Assembly (NCBI GenBank): GCA_036960605.1
Contig: JBALXI010000011.1
Coordinates: 5,869 to 69,868 of the forward strand
From: Oleispira sp.
GTDB lineage: Bacteria > Pseudomonadota > Gammaproteobacteria > Pseudomonadales > Oceanobacteraceae
Length of the DNA stretch: 64,000 nucleotides
Reading direction: 5' to 3'
A program made the position numbers and the translations under genes. A model generated the notes under the pieces. That model was not told the origin of the DNA and made no database searches. It saw nothing but the letters and a program-made list of their open reading frames with translations. Shown one piece after another: positions 55,457 through 64,000 of the stretch. The first letter of the stretch is position 1. Every line of letters begins with the position of its first letter.

Positions 55457-56598
55457 TAAAAACCAACGGGGTAAATGATTTGGTCCTGATAGCCCGTTGT
55501 CACTTCAATCGTGCCATTAAACGCATCATCTAATTCGTTATCTCCAGAATCAACAATGAGTGGCCTACCTTCTAATGCGCTAATTTTCGCCTTAGTTGAT
55601 ATTACCCGTATATTTTCTTTGCCTAAGGCTCTTAATACTTCAGGACTAAACTGCTGATTACCACGACCGATAATGTGTCCTTGGCCACCGATAATACTGA
55701 TCACTGCACGACAAGTGTATTGCTGTAGATAATTAAGAATGTCAGCTTCACTGACATCATTTTTCAATAACTGATGATTCAATACGGCGTCGATGCCTAA
55801 CAAGGTATTTTCAAGATTCAATTCATCCATTACCGCCAAAGTAGTTTTACCTGAACCAATAAAATACAGAGTATCATCCTCCATCCCCTGCACTACATCG
55901 GCAGCGATATCCTGTAACACTAACTCTTCAACTTCGACGCCACCCTGCTTCACACTTTGTATAAATTGACCTGCCTGCGGTACCCGCATTTCACCGTACA
56001 ATTTAGCTCGTACGATGTTATTACGAAAAGCATCTTCATCAATATCACGTACATCGTGGGCCTTAACATCAATCAGCTGCCCATTAGCGAGCTGCGCAAT
56101 CACTTCACCTGCGGCTTTTGGCGTTACCGCGTAAACAGCAGAATGTATTTTAACGCCGGCAGGTATTCCCAATACGGGTATTTCATCGCTCACCACACTG
56201 CAAATATCACGCGCAGTGCCATCACCACCGGCAAATAAAATAATATCCACTTTATTATTTAATAATTGCTTAGCCGCTTCACACGTATCTCTAGCCGAGG
56301 TTTCTAGCGGCGAGTCTTGATTAGACATATCATGCTTAGAAAGACGTGGTAAGACTTCATATTGAAATCCTAATGCTTTCACTAAATCTTCGCCCATAGA
56401 ATCTGGGCAAGTAATAATTTTCACCTTATGTTTAATTTCAGACAAAACGTCTAAGGCTAAGCGAGCTCGCAAGACTGATTGGCATTGTGCGCCCCTAGAA
56501 AATGCCTCTTTCACAATATCAGCACCATCACTGCCTTTTAATCCAACACGGCCACCGATGCCCGCAAGGGGATTAATAATCAAACCTAGAGTTAACAC
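55456..56598 (-). CDS. ATP-NAD kinase-like protein (COG3199 / AcoX-like)
   Basis: IINPLAGIGG and FAGGDGT motifs. GTG 56598 follows GGAGAA and is the preferred start; the ORF-track TTG 56631 would overlap pldA by 10 nt. Its stop overlaps the nuclease ATG (TAATG). Confidence 0.7.
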   Translation of the reverse strand: MLTLGLIINPLAGIGGRVGLKGSDGADIVKEAFSRGAQCQSVLRARLALDVLSEIKHKVKIITCPDSMGEDLVKALGFQYEVLPRLSKHDMSNQDSPLETSARDTCEAAKQLLNNKVDIILFAGGDGTARDICSVVSDEIPVLGIPAGVKIHSAVYAVTPKAAGEVIAQLANGQLIDVKAHDVRDIDEDAFRNNIVRAKLYGEMRVPQAGQFIQSVKQGGVEVEELVLQDIAADVVQGMEDDTLYFIGSGKTTLAVMDELNLENTLLGIDAVLNHQLLKNDVSEADILNYLQQYTCRAVISIIGGQGHIIGRGNQQFSPEVLRALGKENIRVISTKAKISALEGRPLIVDSGDNELDDAFNGTIEVTTGYQDQIIYPVGF

Positions 56599-56621
56599 AA
56601 CGTTCTCCAATCTATTTCGAG

Positions 56622-57650
56622 TTATAGCCAATCCGCTATTTTAATACCAATGCCAATGCGCTCTTGATATTGATTATAATCGATTAAGCTTTCACCATAA
56701 CCATTAAAATACTGCACAAATCCTTTCAATTTACCCGGTAATGGGAAGGTCCAATCCAACTCAATCGCGCCTTTATTTTCATCAAAATTAAAATTATTAC
56801 GCACCGTCGCCGCTAAACTATGCTCACCAAATTTTCTTAAATAAAAGACATCGCCATAACCCAAGAAGTCATCAATATCTGGATTATCATTATCACTTGG
56901 ATCATTAGGATCCGCTTTTGCAGTTTCTGGCATACGATACCAAGCGCGAACGTTCAAAATACGATTTGGCCAAACCTTAGCCGTTGACATAATTATTCGA
57001 TTCCAGCTTCTCGAAAGATTGCCTACTTGGCCATTTGACTGATGATTAAATGCCAGCGTCATATGGTCGCTCCATTTCACACTAGGCTTAAATCCCAGAA
57101 TAATTTCCGGTTCATGATTGGTCTCACGAAAGATGGCTGACACACTCTTATTATACGATTGCCAAAATGACTTATTGGTATAAGCAACGGCTAACGTACT
57201 GAATTTACCTAGAATATTTTCCGCGACTATGTATTTCACACTGAGCTGAAAAACAAACTCATAGTGTTCAAATTCAGCGTTGTCGTATTCTGTATCTTCT
57301 TCGACATTACGCCCACCAAAAAACTGCTTTTGTTCATCTTGGTTGATTTTTGACTGATAGGTAAACGGCATAAAATAGTTAGGCTTGTGAGGCAATAATA
57401 CATAGGGATTATTGGCAGCCAGACGCTCTGTTTGTATTTTTTCGATCAAACCTGGATATTGATGCATTGACTCAGAAAATTCTTCATCGGCAATGATATC
57501 AAACGTCTTCGTCTCCGTTTTGATACTATCTTCAATACTATCTTCGCTAGCGTCAGTCACCGCTGGAGCATTCAGTACAAGATGATCCTGCGCATAAAGA
57601 CTATTACTAGAGATAAAAATACTAGTAATAAGCCATAATCGTTTAAACAT
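56622..57650 (-). CDS. pldA: outer-membrane phospholipase A
   Basis: Signal peptide, catalytic HQSNG motif, and a beta-barrel-type alternating sequence ending in an aromatic residue. Confidence 0.85.
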   Translation of the reverse strand: MFKRLWLITSIFISSNSLYAQDHLVLNAPAVTDASEDSIEDSIKTETKTFDIIADEEFSESMHQYPGLIEKIQTERLAANNPYVLLPHKPNYFMPFTYQSKINQDEQKQFFGGRNVEEDTEYDNAEFEHYEFVFQLSVKYIVAENILGKFSTLAVAYTNKSFWQSYNKSVSAIFRETNHEPEIILGFKPSVKWSDHMTLAFNHQSNGQVGNLSRSWNRIIMSTAKVWPNRILNVRAWYRMPETAKADPNDPSDNDNPDIDDFLGYGDVFYLRKFGEHSLAATVRNNFNFDENKGAIELDWTFPLPGKLKGFVQYFNGYGESLIDYNQYQERIGIGIKIADWL

Positions 57651-57751
57651 CAGCCATTTCTCCGAATAATTTATAGTGTGAGTATTTTCAAGTACTAAAC
57701 TCTGCTATAAGTATATCTACTAATCCAACATAGAATATTAATTTTTTACGT

Positions 57752-58165
57752 ATGTTTTATTATTTAATGGGTCTAGGAAGTAATATCCAACCTCAAAAGC
57801 ATCTAATAGATGCCATTCGATCTTTGAATGCTCAAATGGAAGTAAATGTTCTAGCCCAATCCCCGGTACTGGTTAATCCGCCTTGCGGTGATAGCTTCCA
57901 CTTTGTATTTCATAATCAATTATTATTGCTGCAGAGCCCATTATTGAAAGAAGCTCTGAAAAAAAGACTTGAGCAGATTGAACTAACACTGGGCAGAGAA
58001 GCTAAAACCCCTGCCCGCAAGCTCAATGATAGAACCATAGATATTGATATCATTAGCGCTGGCAAGACAATCCAAGCCCTTTTCAGCACGCCTCTCGAAG
58101 AAGACTATAATCGTAAAATAATGACGCTATGGCCCGAAATTGATGACTTAATAGTCATCAGCTAA
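57752..58165 (+). CDS. HPPK (FolK)-like protein, divergent and short
   Basis: GLGSN, LGR and RTIDIDI match the HPPK blocks. The VPHY..NR block of E. coli FolK reads TPLEEDYNR here. Confidence 0.55.
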   Translation: MFYYLMGLGSNIQPQKHLIDAIRSLNAQMEVNVLAQSPVLVNPPCGDSFHFVFHNQLLLLQSPLLKEALKKRLEQIELTLGREAKTPARKLNDRTIDIDIISAGKTIQALFSTPLEEDYNRKIMTLWPEIDDLIVIS

Positions 58166-58188
58166 CCCAGTGCCGACTTGATTAAAGA

Positions 58189-58971
58189 CTAATCGAGAAA
58201 CGTCTGCTCATAACGATTGGCACATGAGCGCCCACCATCAATACGCAATATTGTTCCGGTCACCGCTTGCGCCGCTAATAGATAATCAATGCCTTGCTGA
58301 ATCGCTTGGTAGCCCAACTCTTTTTTTATCAAACTCTGAGACAGTACTTTTTTGCGGTATTCTGCAGAATGCTCAGGCAAGAATTTCACCGGACCCGGCT
58401 GAATGACATTCACTCGAACATGGGGCGCTAAACGCTGGGCTAAGCTCAACGCCAAATTTTGCAAACCCGCTTTGGCTGCACAATAACTGGCAAACCGTTC
58501 ATTAGGCAAATCTGCATAAATATCACTAATGGCTATCATTGACGAATTTTGCACCATTAACTCGGCTAACTTCAGACTAATGAGCTGAGGCGCCGCAAGG
58601 TGTACTGCCGTCATCGTCTGCGTATTCTGCCATTGCTGCTCAGCCGTGGCCGCTAAGTCATCCGGATAAAAACAGGAAGCATTATGGATAAGCCCATCCA
58701 GCTTCACATCGAGATTGTTGAGTAAATCGATCACATCCCCAGTTAAGCGCTCAATACTTTCTACATTAGCCAAGTTGGCTTGCACAGCGCAATATAAATC
58801 CTTTTCTCCATATTGCTTCTGCTTGCTATCACTTAATTCATTAGCGGAGTGATAATGGGCAATAACTCGCCAACCTGCCGCTAGATAATGTTCAACCAAA
58901 TACAGACCTAAACGGCGGCCTGCCCCCGTAATAAAAATAGTGGGACACTGCGTATTGTTTTTCTCAGACAT
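58189..58971 (-). CDS. folM: pteridine/dihydromonapterin reductase (FolM-like SDR)
   Basis: ITGAGRRLG (the arginine-containing variant typical of FolM/PTR1), YCAAKAG, and a folK-like neighbour. Start at ATG 58971. Confidence 0.65.
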   Translation of the reverse strand: MSEKNNTQCPTIFITGAGRRLGLYLVEHYLAAGWRVIAHYHSANELSDSKQKQYGEKDLYCAVQANLANVESIERLTGDVIDLLNNLDVKLDGLIHNASCFYPDDLAATAEQQWQNTQTMTAVHLAAPQLISLKLAELMVQNSSMIAISDIYADLPNERFASYCAAKAGLQNLALSLAQRLAPHVRVNVIQPGPVKFLPEHSAEYRKKVLSQSLIKKELGYQAIQQGIDYLLAAQAVTGTILRIDGGRSCANRYEQTFLD

Positions 58972-59134
58972 ATTAATTCCTTGCAACTCCCTCAAGTGAT
59001 AAGTCAGACAGAGTACTCGTTTATAAACCCTATTTACTGTACTCTAAGCGCCACTAGTACCATCCTATAAAGACCATATTTTGCTATAATTATTGTTCAA
59101 TTTGAATAGCGCTCACAGAGATAGGCATCGCATC

Positions 59135-59728
59135 ATGCATCGCACCATGTTTGATACCCCCATTTTAAAGACACTGTTACGCTGGGTTTCAATAATCACT
59201 CTAAAGCTATTAGGCTGGAAAACCGAAGGCGAGATCCCTCGCGATCTAAAAAAGTGCGTCATGATCGCCGCCCCTCACACCAGCAACTGGGACCTTCCCT
59301 TTACCTTAATGACGGCTTTCGCCTTAGATGCCAAAGTGTATTGGATGGGTAAAGAACAAATATTCAAACCACCCTATCGTGGAATAATGATGTGGATGGG
59401 TGGCATCCCCATTGACCGAACTAAATCAGCCAACATGGTACAAGCTTCAATTAATGCCATACAAGGTAATGATCGCTTATTCTTAATCGTCCCTCCCGAA
59501 GGCACCCGTAGTAAAGTAACTTACTGGAAGACAGGCTTCTACCATATTGCTCAAGGCGCAGGGGTGCCTATTCTAATGGGATTTTTAGACTATAAACGCA
59601 AGGCGAGTGGTATTGCAGGGACCTATATGACCACGGGGGACATTGAAGTCGATATGAATCATATCAAAGCGATCTACGCCCCAATGAAAGGTAGGATAGA
59701 AGAGCAGTTTTATCAGAATAAATCATAA
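59135..59728 (+). CDS. lysophospholipid (1-acyl-sn-glycerol-3-phosphate) acyltransferase family protein
   Basis: HX4D motif PHTSNWD and PEGTRS. The start is uncertain (59093 TTG, 59135 or 59147 ATG). Confidence 0.75.
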   Translation: MHRTMFDTPILKTLLRWVSIITLKLLGWKTEGEIPRDLKKCVMIAAPHTSNWDLPFTLMTAFALDAKVYWMGKEQIFKPPYRGIMMWMGGIPIDRTKSANMVQASINAIQGNDRLFLIVPPEGTRSKVTYWKTGFYHIAQGAGVPILMGFLDYKRKASGIAGTYMTTGDIEVDMNHIKAIYAPMKGRIEEQFYQNKS

Positions 59729-59753
59729 GCATTAATAACAACTGATAAGCATC

Positions 59754-59783
59754 AAAGCCTCGTATACTTCGAGGCTTTTTTTT
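59754..59783 (+). terminator. rho-independent terminator
   Basis: AAAGCCTCG-tatactt-CGAGGCTTT followed by a T-run. Confidence 0.85.
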
Positions 59784-59934
59784 GCCTGCACATTGATAGA
59801 ACGCCTGACTGCTCACCTTATGAATGATGACCTCGAAGCTTCATAGCGCCCAAAATACCTTTAACTTATTCGTGACTATACTGAACTAGCAGAACCTCTA
59901 AATGAAACCTGTTAATGAGTAAGGACGACTAAAT

Positions 59935-61227
59935 ATGCCTGACAACAAAGATAATATAGGGCCTATCGATCCTCAAAAAAGAGACACCTTCACTGCCATC
60001 GCAAAAACAGCCCTATCCGGCTGTATCGCGGCTAAAGCACCCTTCGTATTCGCCCGTACTAAAACCAAAATCAGAGTGCTCGGAACCCACGTTACCTTGC
60101 AAGAAGAGCTGCGCCAAAAAGCCATGGCAGATTTAGGTATTGAATTAGAGTTTGAGCCAAAAGGCAGTGCCGCCGTATTACAAAAAGCTTCGATGTCTCC
60201 TGGATCTTTTGATCTTTACGAGCAGTGGTCAAATAGCATCAATGTACTTTGGCGCTCAGGTTCAATACAAGCCATTGAAAAAAAACGAATAAAGCATTGG
60301 GGTGAAATTAATAACCTAACCAAAACAGGTCGCTTAACCGATACCGCTAAATTAGGGGCGGGTGATGCTCCCTATAAAATTTTACATGTACAAGACGATG
60401 ATGAACTAGGTCTAAATCATACCGATCGGGTGAGCTTTTTACCCTACGTCCACAATGTCGACTCCTTTGGCTACAACACGGATATTATTCCCCAAGGTAA
60501 ACCTTATGAAACAGAAAGCTGGGGCTGGCTACTGGACGAGCGCTATGCGGGCAAGGTCGGCATTGTAAATGCACCCACGATCGGTCTATTTGATTTGGCC
60601 TTAGCCGCACAAGCGAGAGGTTTAATGACTTTCGCCGACATTGGCGCCATGACAAAACATGAATTGGATACTTTATTCGACATTTTAATTGGCATGAAAA
60701 AGCGCGGGCATTTCAGTGGATTCTGGACCTCCGTTCCCGAATCGGTTGATTTTATGGCCAATAAGCGGGTGGTGATTGAAAGTATGTTTTCACCGGCCGT
60801 ATCCGCTCTGAATGGAAAAAACATTCCGGTAACCTATGCTGCACCCAAAGAAGGTTATCGAGGCTGGCATGGTGTGATGTGCTTATCCTCAGCAACTCAG
60901 GGGCGACAAAAAGATGCAGCCTATGAATATATGAATTGGTGGCTGTCTGGCTGGCCTGGAGCCTTCATTGCACGCCAAGGGTATTATATTTCGAACCCTC
61001 AACGCTCAAAGTTAGAATTAACTCAAGCCGAGTGGGATTACTGGTATGGGGGAAAAGCAGCAGCACATGCATTGAAAGGTACCGATGGTAGAGTATCCGT
61101 TAACGCCGGTGATATTCGTAGAGGAGGCAGTTATGAAAAACGTTTTAGTAATGTGGCTGTTTGGAATACAGTGATGCCGACTTATGAATACAGCCTGCAA
61201 AAATGGTATGAATTCATCAGCGCATAA
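59935..61227 (+). CDS. PotD/PotF-family periplasmic solute-binding protein, no transporter genes adjacent
   Basis: Colinear blocks with E. coli PotD (FDLYEQWSNS, FLPYVHNVDSFGYN, WGWLLDERYAGKVGIVN, PKEGYRGW). KR-containing signal-like N-terminus. Confidence 0.7.
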   Translation: MPDNKDNIGPIDPQKRDTFTAIAKTALSGCIAAKAPFVFARTKTKIRVLGTHVTLQEELRQKAMADLGIELEFEPKGSAAVLQKASMSPGSFDLYEQWSNSINVLWRSGSIQAIEKKRIKHWGEINNLTKTGRLTDTAKLGAGDAPYKILHVQDDDELGLNHTDRVSFLPYVHNVDSFGYNTDIIPQGKPYETESWGWLLDERYAGKVGIVNAPTIGLFDLALAAQARGLMTFADIGAMTKHELDTLFDILIGMKKRGHFSGFWTSVPESVDFMANKRVVIESMFSPAVSALNGKNIPVTYAAPKEGYRGWHGVMCLSSATQGRQKDAAYEYMNWWLSGWPGAFIARQGYYISNPQRSKLELTQAEWDYWYGGKAAAHALKGTDGRVSVNAGDIRRGGSYEKRFSNVAVWNTVMPTYEYSLQKWYEFISA

Positions 61228-61233
61228 GCTGGG

Positions 61234-63891
61234 ATGATTTTTATGTTTCATTCATTAAAGAGCCAAATAATTTTTATATTAGCTGCCCTTATTTCTATTT
61301 TAGTAATACAGGCAATTTTTTCGCGCGCAACACAGACAACGTTAATTCAGAGTCAGGAAACGCTTAATCACTCTTATGACAATGCTGGCTTAGTTTATGA
61401 ACTGGAACGCGATGTCATCGACCTACAGCGTAATCTTCTCATATATAAAGAAACCGCAAGCACCACCTCCATTTCTCGCTTTTATGAGTTAATGACTCAG
61501 GTGAAAAAGAAACTATCTCTGTTTGAAAAAAATGCCAATATAATCGTAGAAACCGGTTTATTAGATCGAATGCGTGGACATTTAAACGACTACAAGGAAA
61601 ATTTCTCCAGCGTGATCGATGGCAGAAGCGAGCGTGAGCATATTTTTAATGAAAAACTTCGATTAAAATTTAATCGCATAAACCAATTAATTACAGAGTA
61701 CGAACAGAAGAAAATAGGGATTAGCAAGACACCTGTTTTGGCGATGAAATACCACTTAGCCACGGCAGATAAATATATCAATAAATATGTAATCTCCCCT
61801 GACTCCGAACACATCACACAAATCAATCAGCAGCTCGCAAACACAAAATCAGTAATCCCCATCGACTTCACTGAAAGCCAGCAAGCTAATACGCTAATTA
61901 AAGAGCTCAAAAAAGATATTTTCCGTTTAAGCCAAATAACACGAGGCTATGTATTTCTCGTCAATGTTGTAATGGCAGGCTCCGCTAATGAGTTTTTATA
62001 TTTAACAAAAAAACTACGTAAAACGGTATTAAATGAACAACTGAGTCTTATCGAGAGGGCAAGACTTAGTGCAGAAAAAGCACAATTGAAAACAAGAATC
62101 GTTGCCTTAACTAGCATTATAATTACGTTACTAATTGCAATTTTCATATTTGGCAGAATGATTAAGCCGATACGCAGTATCACCGATGTATTTACTAAAC
62201 TGGTTAACGGCGACGATATCATAGGAATACCTGGCATTAATCGCAAAGATGAAATTGGTAACTTAGCGAAAGCGGCCAATGTTTTTCATGACAAAAACAT
62301 GCAAACGGCTGAGCTGCTTCTCTCTGAACAAAAAATGAATAGTATGCAAAAAGCTTTAAACAATGAACTTGAAGTCGCTAAACAAAAAGCTGAATCAGCG
62401 GCAGAAAGTAAAAGCATGTTTTTAGCCAATATGAGCCATGAAATTCGTACCCCGATGAACGGCATCATAGGACTAATTGAACTCACTCGTAATACTGAAT
62501 TAACCGAGCAACAAACTCAGCATCTCAAAATGGCCGCCTACTCTGGCCGCGTGATGATGAATGTAATTAATGACATTCTAGATTTCTCAAAAATCGAAGC
62601 CGGTAAAATGGAAGTTGAATTCGTTGAATTTAATATCAATGAATTAATTGAAAATATTATTTCTGTCGTATCGTCTCTACTAGAAGAAAAAGAAATAAAA
62701 TTTCGAGTCAAAACCTCTCCCTCCCTGCCTAAGTTTTTATTTGGAGACCCATTACGCATCAGTCAAATTTTATTAAACTTATGCAACAATGCAATAAAAT
62801 TCACCCACCAGGGCTTGGTTGAAGTATTTATCGATTTCAAATCGGCAGCGCAAGATTATTTACTAATTGAAATCTCTGATACCGGTATTGGTATGAGCCA
62901 GGCACAAGTAGAAACGATCTTCAATTCATTCACTCAAGCCGACGGCTCGACGAGCCGTAAGTATGGCGGCACGGGCTTAGGCTTAACCATCGTGAAAGAG
63001 TTAAGCCTATTAATGGGGGGCGATGTCTCGGTAAGCTCTACTGAAGGGCAAGGTAGTCGTTTTAACGTTACCCTTCAAACCAAAATGACTAATACGACCA
63101 AAGCGATTAAAGTGCTTGATTACAAAGGTGAGGTTTTTTACTTGGCCGACATCACACCCTATCTAAGCGATCTCAACTTAGAGAGTTTAAACATTTATCC
63201 AATCATGATTACCCAAGAAGACCTTTGTGCATTAAAGGTGAATTCTCAAGTGCCAAGCACTCTGCTGATTGATGAATCCCAGCTTAATTATTTAGACATT
63301 AATTCTGATGCTTTGATACATATCAAAGATCTCACAATACAAATAGGGCTAATAATCGACGGTAAATTGGATAGTTCAGTATCAATACTACAAGATAAAA
63401 TTCAGGCAAAGATTTTGTCCCAGCCCCATACACCTTCTCAATATCATGAGTTTTTTGTTTCTTTATCCGGACAAGACACAGCATCTGAAATTAATTCTCT
63501 CGAGCATCAAAAACACCTATTTAAAGGGCATATTCTAATCGTCGAAGACAATGAAATTAATCAAATCGTCGCAGAAACAATGGCCGCTCAATTAGGCTTA
63601 AGCTGTGATATCGCTGAGAATGGTCAGGATGCGGTAGATAAAATAATGCAGAATCCAGACTATGATCTCATTCTAATGGATGTACAGATGCCTATTATGG
63701 GGGGATACGAAGCGACCAAGATCATTAGAGCGGCCGGCTTTAACGATCTGGTTATTTGTGGTTTATCGGCCAATGCCATGAAAGATGATTTTGACTTGGC
63801 AAAAGAGTCTGGCATGAATGATTATTTAACCAAACCGATTGAGCCAGCATCCTTACAGAAGATGTTTGAAAAGTATCTTATACGCGCTTAA
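61234..63891 (+). CDS. hybrid sensor histidine kinase: TM, long helical periplasmic domain, TM, HAMP, HisKA/HATPase, degenerate receiver-like spacer, REC (no Hpt)
   Basis: H-box SHEIRTPMNG, NLCNNAIKFT, GGTGLGLTI, and terminal REC MDVQMPIMGG. It starts 7 nt after the SBP stop. Confidence 0.85.
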   Translation: MIFMFHSLKSQIIFILAALISILVIQAIFSRATQTTLIQSQETLNHSYDNAGLVYELERDVIDLQRNLLIYKETASTTSISRFYELMTQVKKKLSLFEKNANIIVETGLLDRMRGHLNDYKENFSSVIDGRSEREHIFNEKLRLKFNRINQLITEYEQKKIGISKTPVLAMKYHLATADKYINKYVISPDSEHITQINQQLANTKSVIPIDFTESQQANTLIKELKKDIFRLSQITRGYVFLVNVVMAGSANEFLYLTKKLRKTVLNEQLSLIERARLSAEKAQLKTRIVALTSIIITLLIAIFIFGRMIKPIRSITDVFTKLVNGDDIIGIPGINRKDEIGNLAKAANVFHDKNMQTAELLLSEQKMNSMQKALNNELEVAKQKAESAAESKSMFLANMSHEIRTPMNGIIGLIELTRNTELTEQQTQHLKMAAYSGRVMMNVINDILDFSKIEAGKMEVEFVEFNINELIENIISVVSSLLEEKEIKFRVKTSPSLPKFLFGDPLRISQILLNLCNNAIKFTHQGLVEVFIDFKSAAQDYLLIEISDTGIGMSQAQVETIFNSFTQADGSTSRKYGGTGLGLTIVKELSLLMGGDVSVSSTEGQGSRFNVTLQTKMTNTTKAIKVLDYKGEVFYLADITPYLSDLNLESLNIYPIMITQEDLCALKVNSQVPSTLLIDESQLNYLDINSDALIHIKDLTIQIGLIIDGKLDSSVSILQDKIQAKILSQPHTPSQYHEFFVSLSGQDTASEINSLEHQKHLFKGHILIVEDNEINQIVAETMAAQLGLSCDIAENGQDAVDKIMQNPDYDLILMDVQMPIMGGYEATKIIRAAGFNDLVICGLSANAMKDDFDLAKESGMNDYLTKPIEPASLQKMFEKYLIRA

Positions 63892-63957
63892 AAGGATTCT
63901 TCGGATAATTAAGCGATGGATAAAACCTGTTATTTACTTTTCTTCAGAGCAAAAAAA

Positions 63958-63984
63958 AGGCCAGCATTAAGCTGACCTATTTTT
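63958..63984 (+). terminator. probable rho-independent terminator
   Basis: AGGCCAGC-attaa-GCTGACCT (one mismatch) followed by ATTTTT. Confidence 0.5.
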
Positions 63985-64000
63985 AAGAATTTTGGTTGCG

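Noticed and set aside
1-64000. Search for CRISPR arrays, rRNA/tRNA genes, IS elements, integrases, toxin-antitoxin pairs and known defence-system genes
   Set aside because: I saw no regularly spaced repeats, no tRNA-like cloverleaf candidates in the intergenic regions, and no transposase, integrase, helicase or standalone nuclease architecture typical of defence islands. The only nuclease is a secreted ExeM/NucH-type enzyme.

Overview
This is a 64-kb chromosomal window from an AT-rich gammaproteobacterium. The gene content looks like a marine Alteromonadales-type organism, but that is inference only. I support about 52 protein-coding genes. I recognised no rRNA, tRNA, CRISPR array, IS/transposase or integrase. 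Left edge (1-4.2 kb): a compact siphovirus-type tail gene block on the minus strand. In order it encodes a beta-helix protein, an HK97-gp10-like protein, a major tail protein, a G/GT chaperone pair with an intact -1 slippery heptamer, and the start of a tape measure gene that runs off the window. The block has no head genes to its right. It ends in an in-frame fusion to the first 93 codons of a yqhD-like alcohol dehydrogenase. This junction and the head-less tail block are, with the cohesin/dockerin pair, the most unusual things I can see. The rest is mostly housekeeping and accessory metabolism: a DJ-1/LysR aldehyde-detoxification remnant, arfB, a stand-alone trpB, argG, queC-queE, a complete liuR-liuABCDE leucine/isovalerate operon with a DSD1-like PLP enzyme, a DUF819 protein and an SDR appended, a thiolase with a high-molecular-weight FabG, an alkyl sulfatase, tatD, and a folM/folK-like pair. 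It also contains a large amount of signalling: three hybrid histidine kinases (two directly preceded by orphan periplasmic solute-binding proteins), a REC-GGDEF regulator and a PAS-GGDEF protein. Other items worth a second look are a non-cellulosomal cohesin/dockerin gene pair (28.1-30.8 kb), a tightly packed pldA / COG3199 kinase-like / ExeM-NucH nuclease operon, a repeat-dense 280-bp intergenic region at 42.9-43.15 kb, and several perfect palindromes that are good operator candidates. I found no recognisable defence system. All functional calls rest on my own reading of motifs and remembered family signatures, not on database searches.
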